In this document: piece by piece, positions 56,884-64,000 of the stretch
How positions within the stretch are numbered: position 1 is the stretch's first letter
Layout: each line of letters opens with the position of its first letter
Assembly (NCBI GenBank): GCA_009387755.1
Contig: GG697240.1
Coordinates: 1 to 64,000 of the forward strand
Direction of reading: 5' to 3'
From: Candidatus Micrarchaeum acidiphilum ARMAN-2
GTDB taxonomy: Archaea > Micrarchaeota > Micrarchaeia > Micrarchaeales > Micrarchaeaceae
DNA: 64,000 bases
Program-made: the position numbers and the translations under genes
The notes under the pieces: model-generated
Seen by the model: only the letters and a program-made list of their open reading frames with translations
What the model was told of the DNA's origin: nothing
Database searches by the model: none

Positions 56884-57621
56884 CTAATCCTGCGCAGCTC
56901 CAGAACCAATGTGCCTCATCATGTAGGCGAGAAAAATAAGGGCGATTATAGTTGATGGTATCCAAACAATAAGTTCTCCTGCAGCATATGAAAAGCCTAA
57001 CAGCGCCGTAGCTATGGTTATATAGATTAGCATGCCATCTATGTATGAGTGGGCCAGGAAAGTAACCAAAAAATTTCTGGGCGCCTTCTTCCTTGCAATG
57101 CCGCCTTTCAAAAAGACCGCTGTGCTAGTGTGGAATATCATTGAAAATGGCGCTTGCAGGACTATGCCTATCAGCAAAAATGCGCCGGTTGCAGCAGCAG
57201 TGCCAGACGTAGAAAGGCCAGGGAGTAGCCCGAAGACAAAAATTGCGATGTCGACAACCGCAAAACCAAAGCCAATCCAGGACGCATCCTGCACCGTGCG
57301 GTACTTTACTGCAAAAAGCTTCGCGCCTTCCTGCCAAAGCCCAGCCATTATTCCCAAGAAAGCGGCTATTGCAAGGGGGTATTCCTTTTGAAGGGCAACG
57401 TATTTCAGGCTTGCGGCGGACAAGCTCTTTGAAGACTCAAGTATGAGTATGAATGGGATCTCCTGGAAAATCGACTGCGCCACAAGCGCTATGGCCATTG
57501 CACCTATGCCTATCATGACTGCAAGCACTGCGCCTGATCTTGATTTTTTGAGTAGAAGCCCGGCTGCAAGCAGCATTACTGCAACGGAGATTGTTATGCC
57601 GAGCAAAGATGCGAGCACCAT
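56884..57621 (-). CDS. Polytopic membrane protein, possibly CPBP/Abi-family intramembrane protease-like
   Basis: Seven or eight TM helices. 'WQEGAKLF', 'FH' and 'HSYID' loosely resemble the CPBP motifs EExxxR/FxxxH/HxxxD. Assignment is weak. Confidence 0.3.
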   Translation of the reverse strand: MVLASLLGITISVAVMLLAAGLLLKKSRSGAVLAVMIGIGAMAIALVAQSIFQEIPFILILESSKSLSAASLKYVALQKEYPLAIAAFLGIMAGLWQEGAKLFAVKYRTVQDASWIGFGFAVVDIAIFVFGLLPGLSTSGTAAATGAFLLIGIVLQAPFSMIFHTSTAVFLKGGIARKKAPRNFLVTFLAHSYIDGMLIYITIATALLGFSYAAGELIVWIPSTIIALIFLAYMMRHIGSGAAQD

Positions 57622-57721
57622 TATAATACCCTTAAAATAGCCAAACCTAAAATTTTTATACAGCCCTGTGCACTAGAAAAAATATAAATATCATGGCAGG
57701 TGCAGTATATATAGTGTTTGC

Positions 57722-60244
57722 ATGGATGCTGACGTGAAGGATATCTTTGACCTGGCATACGAGAACGCGCTTGCGCGCCGCGCACATGTCGATAGCAACT
57801 ACATTGATGCACTCAATCATGGCATTGAAGTTGCCCTTGGCAAGAAGGACGCCGCAGACTTAAGCGTAGAAGCAGGAAAGCTTGATTCCGTACTGCTTGC
57901 CTTGGAAAGCATAAATAGCATATGCGAAGCAAAGGCGTACAGCGAAAGCTTGGAATTCTTTCCGGTCAGGCACAGCATTTCTAGAGACACAAAGAGGAAG
58001 AGTATGGTAACCATAAGGCTAAGGGCGGGAGAGGCTAAATTCAAGACTCCGGATAGCGCCAAACCGGCAAATTCAAGCGCCACTACAATTGAGCGTAATG
58101 TGCATGAAACTGTAGCACAGGTTACAGCACGGCCAAAAAAGGAAACACCCGGCGCTATGGGATTTGCCGAAGTGGTAAACAGCAGCTATGAAAAAATTGC
58201 AGAGCATTACAAGAGGCTGAGCAAGGAAGAGTACGGCATAGAATTCAAAGTACCTGAAGTCAGAATGTTTTCAGATGACAAAGCAGAGCCCGACAACGAA
58301 TCGAAATTTAAAGCGGGCGTCTTGGGCTACTACAAAGACTCTGAAAACACCATTCATCTAACTAGGGCGCTATATGAAAAATATTTATTAAATGATACCT
58401 CGATCCGCAATGAGGATATTTATTTGACATTGGAGCATGAACTCGGACATGCATTTGCTACGCAGATGGGCTATGACAAAACTTATGGGCTACGCGGCGA
58501 ATACTATGGCAGCAGCCGCCTAAGATACAGGGGGATAAGAGATATTGTTGCCTCAGAATTTTTGGCAAACCTTTTCGGGGCAAGGATTGATATCGAGATT
58601 AAAGGCGCATCTCCCACAAATAAAGCTCTGGCCGATGAGCTCCTCAATCAGGCGACACTTGACTACTTATACAAGGATACAGATGCAGCAAAGATTTATT
58701 TTGATACGCTTTTGAAAAAATCCAAGGAGCTCATGGATAAGCACGCCGAAATTAAGACTGAATTCAAGAAAAAGAAGCGCGACTACACTGACAATGGTGG
58801 TGAGATAGACTTGGGATACTTTAAAACTTACCTTCTTGAAGCCACTGCAGAGGCCATAACGTACTTGAAATTCATAGAAGACGGGCTTTCTGCGCTGGAG
58901 ATTTATGGCGGACCTGTGCTAGGGGCTGTAAAGGCTCTTGAGGAGGGAATGAGTTTCGACAGGCTGGTCAGCAAGGCGTCGAAAAATATAAAATCCTTGA
59001 AATATGTAAAAGAATACTTTCCTGGCGCGGCCGCGGTAGAATACTCAAGCCTGTATTCGTCTTTTGATCTCTTTGAAAGCCTGGGCCCGTATATGACGGA
59101 CGTGCTTGGCCTGAGCACAGATCAAAACAAAAATTTGAATCCAGAAAAGCGCATGCGCGATGAACTTGAAAAATGTGAGGATGCAATAGGAGGGATGGAG
59201 GGGTACTTTAAAAGGATGGAGCGCGTGGGCAGGGACATGTACGAAAACGAAAAGAAGGTCCTTGGCGAAATGGAAAGGCTTAAGAAAGAATTGAATGGCG
59301 CCCTACCTGGGCCGGGCGGGAACAAAGTCCAAGCGGCCAATGCGGATATGCAGATGTACAACATGCTGGATAACAGCGCAATCGAGCTTCATGACATTGC
59401 CAGGCGCCTCGAATCCGAGTTTAATGGAGCAAGTGCCAAAGAAAAACTGCAAGACAAAGCATTCTTATATTCATTATTGGATGACCTCGGGAAAATGGTG
59501 TTGCGCGATCTGAATGGAATGATGAGGCTTGCGGCTGGAGACGCGTGGATTGACTTGAAGCCAAGCGATTTCAAAGTGGGGGAGGATATAGACGTCCCTG
59601 TATCTTTAGGAATTCTAGGAATTTACAAATCGAAGAGTTTCAGAGTAGATCCGTTTGAAGGTATCAAGAACCTCATTGAACCCATGGAAAGATATGAAGG
59701 AAACATTAGCGAACGCACTGCATACGATTTAGTAAGGCACCTATATCAGTTAGTAGTCCATGAGGGCTTTCATGCAGTACAGAATGAAAGATTAAATTCG
59801 GAAAAACAGGTAAATAGGGTCCTGCACGGCAAGGATACGGATATTTTCATAGAAGGCGGAGCCCATTTTGTGGAAAGGTATGTGAAGGCGCTCATAGAAG
59901 CTAGGGAGCGGGACAGGATTAGAAGCGCGGATGATATAAAACATATGTTCCTAGATGAATTTAATTTGTCGTCAGTTGCAAAATTGCTCGATGAAAAGCC
60001 CAGAAGTATAGCAGGTAAGCTGCATAAATATAGCGCGTATGACGTCGGCATGTTTATGTTTACGGTCAGGTACGTTGCGAACGGCAGCTTCATAAGCACG
60101 CTAAATGAAATCCGTAAAATGGCAGACGAAGATGGTACAGGCGGTATAAGCAACAGGAAACTTTACCAGATGTTGGACAGGGACATTGAAAATGGCAACG
60201 TTGCCAAGCTGAAAAGAGAGATTCAAGCGTACCGAATAAAGTAA
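57722..60244 (+). CDS. Large (840 aa) soluble protein with two HExxH zincin-like motifs; uncharacterised family
   Basis: 'LTLEHELGHAF' and 'LVVHEGFHAVQ'. Coiled-coil stretches. The N-terminal ~115 aa are homologous to the partial ORF at 63645-64000. Confidence 0.5.
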   Translation: MDADVKDIFDLAYENALARRAHVDSNYIDALNHGIEVALGKKDAADLSVEAGKLDSVLLALESINSICEAKAYSESLEFFPVRHSISRDTKRKSMVTIRLRAGEAKFKTPDSAKPANSSATTIERNVHETVAQVTARPKKETPGAMGFAEVVNSSYEKIAEHYKRLSKEEYGIEFKVPEVRMFSDDKAEPDNESKFKAGVLGYYKDSENTIHLTRALYEKYLLNDTSIRNEDIYLTLEHELGHAFATQMGYDKTYGLRGEYYGSSRLRYRGIRDIVASEFLANLFGARIDIEIKGASPTNKALADELLNQATLDYLYKDTDAAKIYFDTLLKKSKELMDKHAEIKTEFKKKKRDYTDNGGEIDLGYFKTYLLEATAEAITYLKFIEDGLSALEIYGGPVLGAVKALEEGMSFDRLVSKASKNIKSLKYVKEYFPGAAAVEYSSLYSSFDLFESLGPYMTDVLGLSTDQNKNLNPEKRMRDELEKCEDAIGGMEGYFKRMERVGRDMYENEKKVLGEMERLKKELNGALPGPGGNKVQAANADMQMYNMLDNSAIELHDIARRLESEFNGASAKEKLQDKAFLYSLLDDLGKMVLRDLNGMMRLAAGDAWIDLKPSDFKVGEDIDVPVSLGILGIYKSKSFRVDPFEGIKNLIEPMERYEGNISERTAYDLVRHLYQLVVHEGFHAVQNERLNSEKQVNRVLHGKDTDIFIEGGAHFVERYVKALIEARERDRIRSADDIKHMFLDEFNLSSVAKLLDEKPRSIAGKLHKYSAYDVGMFMFTVRYVANGSFISTLNEIRKMADEDGTGGISNRKLYQMLDRDIENGNVAKLKREIQAYRIK

Positions 60245-60385
60245 GGTCATTCCCGCGGAGGATGAAGGCGAACTGCAGGCAAGTATAATGCCTCCTTATG
60301 CCGTTTGAGACTATGACTTAATACCCTGTTTAGTTTGGTATGCTCCCCATTGAATTTGCCTAATTGGAAGTTAGATCTTACATTT

Positions 60386-61876
60386 TCATCTGCAAAATTT
60401 ATCCTTCTGAATTCCGTAGTGTCCTAGCACAAGGTACGACCTTACTGAAGTATAAATATATAAAGCTGCTTATCCACAACACTATTGGTGTTTGTTTCAA
60501 AAAATGACATAAATAGCGGACTGTGGTATAATGAGTTTTGTGGATTTTTTTGTTGAATCTTACAGGAAGGCATTCGGAATAATGCTTCATCCTGGGAAAA
60601 ACGCAAGAGGTGCACTTAGCGTTGGCGATGCACTGAAATTCTATTACACTATAGCGATAATACCTTTGATACTTGGAGTTGCCTTGTCCCTGCTGACAAA
60701 TGCAAGCTTCCTCAGCGTATTTGGAGGGTTTTCCGGAAGCAGTGCGTTGGGACCTGGCGCAGCCGCACCTGGTGGCGGACTGTATTTTGCATTATACCTT
60801 ATAGCGTTTTTCGCAGTCCTTGTGCCACTTGGCCTGTTATTTGACACCGCGATGTACCACGTAATAATAAAGTCGCTTTTAAAGATGTACAACAAGCCAT
60901 ACTCGACGGCATTTACTGCGTTCACCTACGCCATGATACCGGCGGTGCTTGTTTATTGGCTACTTCCATTAGGCATACTTGGGTATCTGGTAATACTGCT
61001 GTTTGGCTTGTGGAGCTTAGTAATAGAAATAATCTCACTTTCGAACCTGCTTTCTATAAGCAGGCTTATGGCGTTAGGTAGCCTCATACTTGACGAGCTT
61101 ATAGTTGCGGTAATATTATTCGGGGCGCTGTTCCTGGCAATTCTTGGTTCGGCGGGGCCGATGCTGCTAAATTCCTCCGTAATAAGCAGCAACCATTCCG
61201 TGCCTACAACCATACCCAACTATATTAACACAACCAGCATTGCAGTTCCGGCCACAACAATCCCAAGCACTAACACTAGCCAGAGCGGACCTTATTCCAG
61301 CATAGTAGGCACACAACCTGCTAGCACATCGTCTGCGAACTACTCTTCGTGTGCAAATTTTACAATATCAAATCCTAATGAATATAACCAGACAAGCCAC
61401 GCCAGCACTTTAGTATACGCCACATGCAAATGGGGTGGGGGCATGCTCTACGTTTATACGGCTGGAGGAAACTCCGGTTATGCGCATCTGAACATAAACG
61501 GAAGCAACGGCAAGACATATTTTGCCAATTCGACGAACTCGAGGTGCTATGCATATGCAGGTTCCTTCTATGCCCCGGCGCAGGATTACAAGCTTTGGAT
61601 AAGTGCGGGAGGAGGAGGCGGAATTTGCGGCAATGCAGCTGCACTGATCGTATCGGCCAACCATGTAAATACTTCGGCTGCAGCGCCCGGATCAAGCATA
61701 AAGCTTCCGTTCGGCAGCATGCTATTCTCCTCGAGCAGCACGCCGTCCAATGTCAGCTCCGCGGCCAACAGGATTCTTGGCAGCACGCAGCTTGATTTTT
61801 ATTCGAATGACAGTGCAAGAGTACTGCTTCAGAACGGAACAGAGATCTGGCTGGGCACCATCCCGTTAAACGAATC
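60386..61876. repeat. Tandem duplication unit, copy 1 (1,491 bp; promoter plus a Yip1-like gene lacking its last ~51 codons)
   Basis: Sequence from 60386 matches 61877 onward base for base as far as compared, apart from a 21-nt indel. Junction lies at ...AACGAATC|TCATCTGCAAAATTT. Confidence 0.85.
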
Positions 61877-61901
61877 TCATCTGCAAAATTTATCCTTCTG
61901 A
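60531..61901 (+). CDS. Yip1-like multi-TM membrane protein with a Ser/Thr/Asn-rich extracytoplasmic C-terminal domain; C-terminally truncated copy
   Basis: Five TM helices after 'MSFVDFFVESYRKAF'. The last 7 codons (HLQNLSF*) are read from duplicated promoter sequence across the duplication junction. Confidence 0.55.
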   Translation: MSFVDFFVESYRKAFGIMLHPGKNARGALSVGDALKFYYTIAIIPLILGVALSLLTNASFLSVFGGFSGSSALGPGAAAPGGGLYFALYLIAFFAVLVPLGLLFDTAMYHVIIKSLLKMYNKPYSTAFTAFTYAMIPAVLVYWLLPLGILGYLVILLFGLWSLVIEIISLSNLLSISRLMALGSLILDELIVAVILFGALFLAILGSAGPMLLNSSVISSNHSVPTTIPNYINTTSIAVPATTIPSTNTSQSGPYSSIVGTQPASTSSANYSSCANFTISNPNEYNQTSHASTLVYATCKWGGGMLYVYTAGGNSGYAHLNINGSNGKTYFANSTNSRCYAYAGSFYAPAQDYKLWISAGGGGGICGNAAALIVSANHVNTSAAAPGSSIKLPFGSMLFSSSSTPSNVSSAANRILGSTQLDFYSNDSARVLLQNGTEIWLGTIPLNESHLQNLSF

Positions 61902-63388
61902 ATTCCGTAGTGTCCTAGCACAAGGTACGACCTTACTGAAGTATAAATATATAAAGCTGCTTATCCACAACACTATTGGTGTTTGTTTCAAAAAATGACA
62001 TAAATAGCGGACTGTGGTATAATGAGTTTTGTGGATTTTTTTGTTGAATCTTACAGGAAGGCATTCGGAATAATGCTTCATCCTGGGAAAAACGCAAGAG
62101 GTGCACTTAGCGTTGGCGATGCACTGAAATTCTATTACACTATAGCGATAATACCTTTGATACTTGGAGTTGCCTTGTCCCTGCTGACAAATGCAAGCTT
62201 CCTCAGCGTATTTGGAGGGTTTTCCGGAAGCAGTGCGTTGGGACCTGGCGCAGCCGCACCTGGTGGCGGACTGTATTTTGCATTATACCTTATAGCGTTT
62301 TTCGCAGTCCTTGTGCCACTTGGCCTGTTATTTGACACCGCGATGTACCACGTAATAATAAAGTCGCTTTTAAAGATGTACAACAAGCCATACTCGACGG
62401 CATTTACTGCGTTCACCTACGCCATGATACCGGCGGTGCTTGTTTATTGGCTACTTCCATTAGGCATACTTGGGTATCTGGTAATACTGCTGTTTGGCTT
62501 GTGGAGCTTAGTAATAGAAATAATCTCACTTTCGAACCTGCTTTCTATAAGCAGGCTTATGGCGTTAGGTAGCCTCATACTTGACGAGCTTATAGTTGCG
62601 GTAATATTTTACATAATAATTGCTGTGATATTCGGGGCGCTGTTCCTGGCAATTCTTGGTTCGGCGGGGCCGATGCTGCTAAATTCCTCCGTAATAAGCA
62701 GCAACCATTCCGTGCCTACAACCATACCCAACTATATTAACACAACCAGCATTGCAGTTCCGGCCACAACAATCCCAAGCACTAACACTAGCCAGAGCGG
62801 ACCTTATTCCAGCATAGTAGGCACACAACCTGCTAGCACATCGTCTGCGAACTACTCTTCGTGTGCAAATTTTACAATATCAAATCCTAATGAATATAAC
62901 CAGACAAGCCACGCCAGCACTTTAGTATACGCCACATGCAAATGGGGTGGGGGCATGCTCTACGTTTATACGGCTGGAGGAAACTCCGGTTATGCGCATC
63001 TGAACATAAACGGAAGCAACGGCAAGACATATTTTGCCAATTCGACGAACTCGAGGTGCTATGCATATGCAGGTTCCTTCTATGCCCCGGCGCAGGATTA
63101 CAAGCTTTGGATAAGTGCGGGAGGAGGAGGCGGAATTTGCGGCAATGCAGCTGCACTGATCGTATCGGCCAACCATGTAAATACTTCGGCTGCAGCGCCC
63201 GGATCAAGCATAAAGCTTCCGTTCGGCAGCATGCTATTCTCCTCGAGCAGCACGCCGTCCAATGTCAGCTCCGCGGCCAACAGGATTCTTGGCAGCACGC
63301 AGCTTGATTTTTATTCGAATGACAGTGCAAGAGTACTGCTTCAGAACGGAACAGAGATCTGGCTGGGCACCATCCCGTTAAACGAATC
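61877..63388. repeat. Tandem duplication unit, copy 2 (1,512 bp; contains a 21-nt insertion relative to copy 1)
   Basis: Extra 'tttacataataattgctgtga' gives FYIIIAV in the protein. Otherwise identical to copy 1. Confidence 0.85.
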
Positions 63389-63566
63389 TGTCAGCCAGAT
63401 GAGCCTGTACTACAAGTCCTGGCCCGGCGGCTACGTTTCGGAGGGCATCAGATTCGAGAACATTGACTTGCTGATATCAGGCAGCGCCACTTCTGCAGTA
63501 GTTACGGCAACATATCCTGCAGATTCGAACTACACATTCGTAGTGGATTATGGAGGCGTGGGCTGA
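62022..63566 (+). CDS. Yip1-like multi-TM membrane protein with a glycosylated extracytoplasmic C-terminal domain; full-length copy
   Basis: 514 aa. Same N-terminus as copy 1 and an intact C-terminus (...YTFVVDYGGVG). Many NxS/T sequons, plus 'ISAGGGGGICGN'. Confidence 0.6.
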   Translation: MSFVDFFVESYRKAFGIMLHPGKNARGALSVGDALKFYYTIAIIPLILGVALSLLTNASFLSVFGGFSGSSALGPGAAAPGGGLYFALYLIAFFAVLVPLGLLFDTAMYHVIIKSLLKMYNKPYSTAFTAFTYAMIPAVLVYWLLPLGILGYLVILLFGLWSLVIEIISLSNLLSISRLMALGSLILDELIVAVIFYIIIAVIFGALFLAILGSAGPMLLNSSVISSNHSVPTTIPNYINTTSIAVPATTIPSTNTSQSGPYSSIVGTQPASTSSANYSSCANFTISNPNEYNQTSHASTLVYATCKWGGGMLYVYTAGGNSGYAHLNINGSNGKTYFANSTNSRCYAYAGSFYAPAQDYKLWISAGGGGGICGNAAALIVSANHVNTSAAAPGSSIKLPFGSMLFSSSSTPSNVSSAANRILGSTQLDFYSNDSARVLLQNGTEIWLGTIPLNESVSQMSLYYKSWPGGYVSEGIRFENIDLLISGSATSAVVTATYPADSNYTFVVDYGGVG

Positions 63567-63644
63567 TTTTAGAGGTAATGCGTTAAAATCAGCAGACACT
63601 GCACTGGTTTTAAATATTATTTAAGCCGATATAATAATGAGTCT

Positions 63645-64000
63645 ATGGCGGACGAAAAGCTGCTAGAGGTTGTGGACAGGGTGCAGACCGAGGCATTGGG
63701 CTTTAGCATTGCCGAGGGAGCAGGGGATCCAGACAGACTCAACAACATAATTGACGCTATCTTTTCTGGCAGAGAAGAAATTGAAGTTGGCATTGGAGAG
63801 AAGCGGCTTAAGCCCTTCCTGGAAACACTTGAAGCAATAAATCTTGTATGTTCTGCAAAGGCGAACTATTCTGGATGGGAGTTTGAACCTATAAAGCACA
63901 GTACTGTAGAAAGCGACGTTGCAGGAGACAACGTCACCGTAAAGCTAAAAAGGGGCGCGATAAAATTCAGGCAGCCAGAGGAAAAACCGCTAGTGCAAAA
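63645..64000 (+). CDS. Paralog of the 840-aa double-HExxH protein; N-terminal part only (truncated by the window end)
   Basis: 'LETLEAINLVCSAKANYSGWEFEPIKHS...VTVKLKRGAIKFRQPEEKP' aligns with 'LLALESINSICEAKAYSESLEFFPVRHS...VTIRLRAGEAKFKTPDSAKP' from 57722-60244. Confidence 0.55.
   Translation, partial: MADEKLLEVVDRVQTEALGFSIAEGAGDPDRLNNIIDAIFSGREEIEVGIGEKRLKPFLETLEAINLVCSAKANYSGWEFEPIKHSTVESDVAGDNVTVKLKRGAIKFRQPEEKPLVQ

Noticed and set aside
60399-62081. Two identical 63-aa minus-strand ORFs (60399-60590 and 61890-62081)
   Set aside because: They lie in the duplicated promoter/5' region of the Yip1-like genes and are antisense to it. Their being identical simply reflects the tandem duplication. 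No coding signal.
60386-63388. Possibility that the repeated structure is a CRISPR array or insertion sequence
   Set aside because: Only two very long (1.49 kb) direct copies containing a protein-coding gene. No short spacer-repeat periodicity, no terminal inverted repeats and no transposase. No CRISPR-like arrays were seen anywhere in the window.

Overview
This 64-kb window looks like a chromosomal segment of an archaeon-like organism of about 50% GC. The evidence for that is an isopentenyl-phosphate kinase in an MVK/decarboxylase/IPK operon, AT-rich TATA-like promoters close to start codons, many 4-nt overlapping gene junctions, and heavily N-glycosylated surface proteins with C-terminal TM anchors and YVTN-type beta-propeller repeats. 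Some gene content is bacterial-like (CspA, class I-alpha DAHP synthase, ferrochelatase plus HemQ), so the lineage call is uncertain.

Main contents, left to right:
- A roughly 1.5-kb low-GC (about 30%) glycosyltransferase island whose edge truncates an M20 peptidase gene.
- Housekeeping and transport genes: EamA, PhoU-like, CspA, amidohydrolase, HxlR.
- A tightly overlapping four-gene operon: Tmk-like kinase, MoaA-like radical-SAM with a degenerate Cys motif, CYTH triphosphatase, PfkB kinase.
- Histidine ammonia-lyase and an intact M20 peptidase.
- A kinase-like / HAD-IIB / PRTase-like / HAD-IIB cluster.
- A SET-domain protein, a membrane FKBP and an ABC-2 exporter.
- A heme cluster: hemC, hemD, hemE, with convergent hemQ-hemH.
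- GrpB, a stomatin-like protein, DAHP synthase flanked by a repeated 37-nt motif and a 600-nt ORF-free region, and an S66 peptidase.
- A PadR / ABC-2 / surface-glycoprotein operon.
- A roughly 5.9-kb giant surface-protein gene split by an apparent frameshift.
- A GHKL-ATPase/HExxH-peptidase fusion.
- The MVK / PMD-like / IPK operon.
- An accessory-looking right end: MFS, CPBP-like protein, an 840-aa double-HExxH protein with a partial paralog at the window edge, and a near-perfect 1.49-kb tandem duplication of a Yip1-like glycoprotein gene.

No rRNA, tRNA, CRISPR array, integrase or transposase was recognised.
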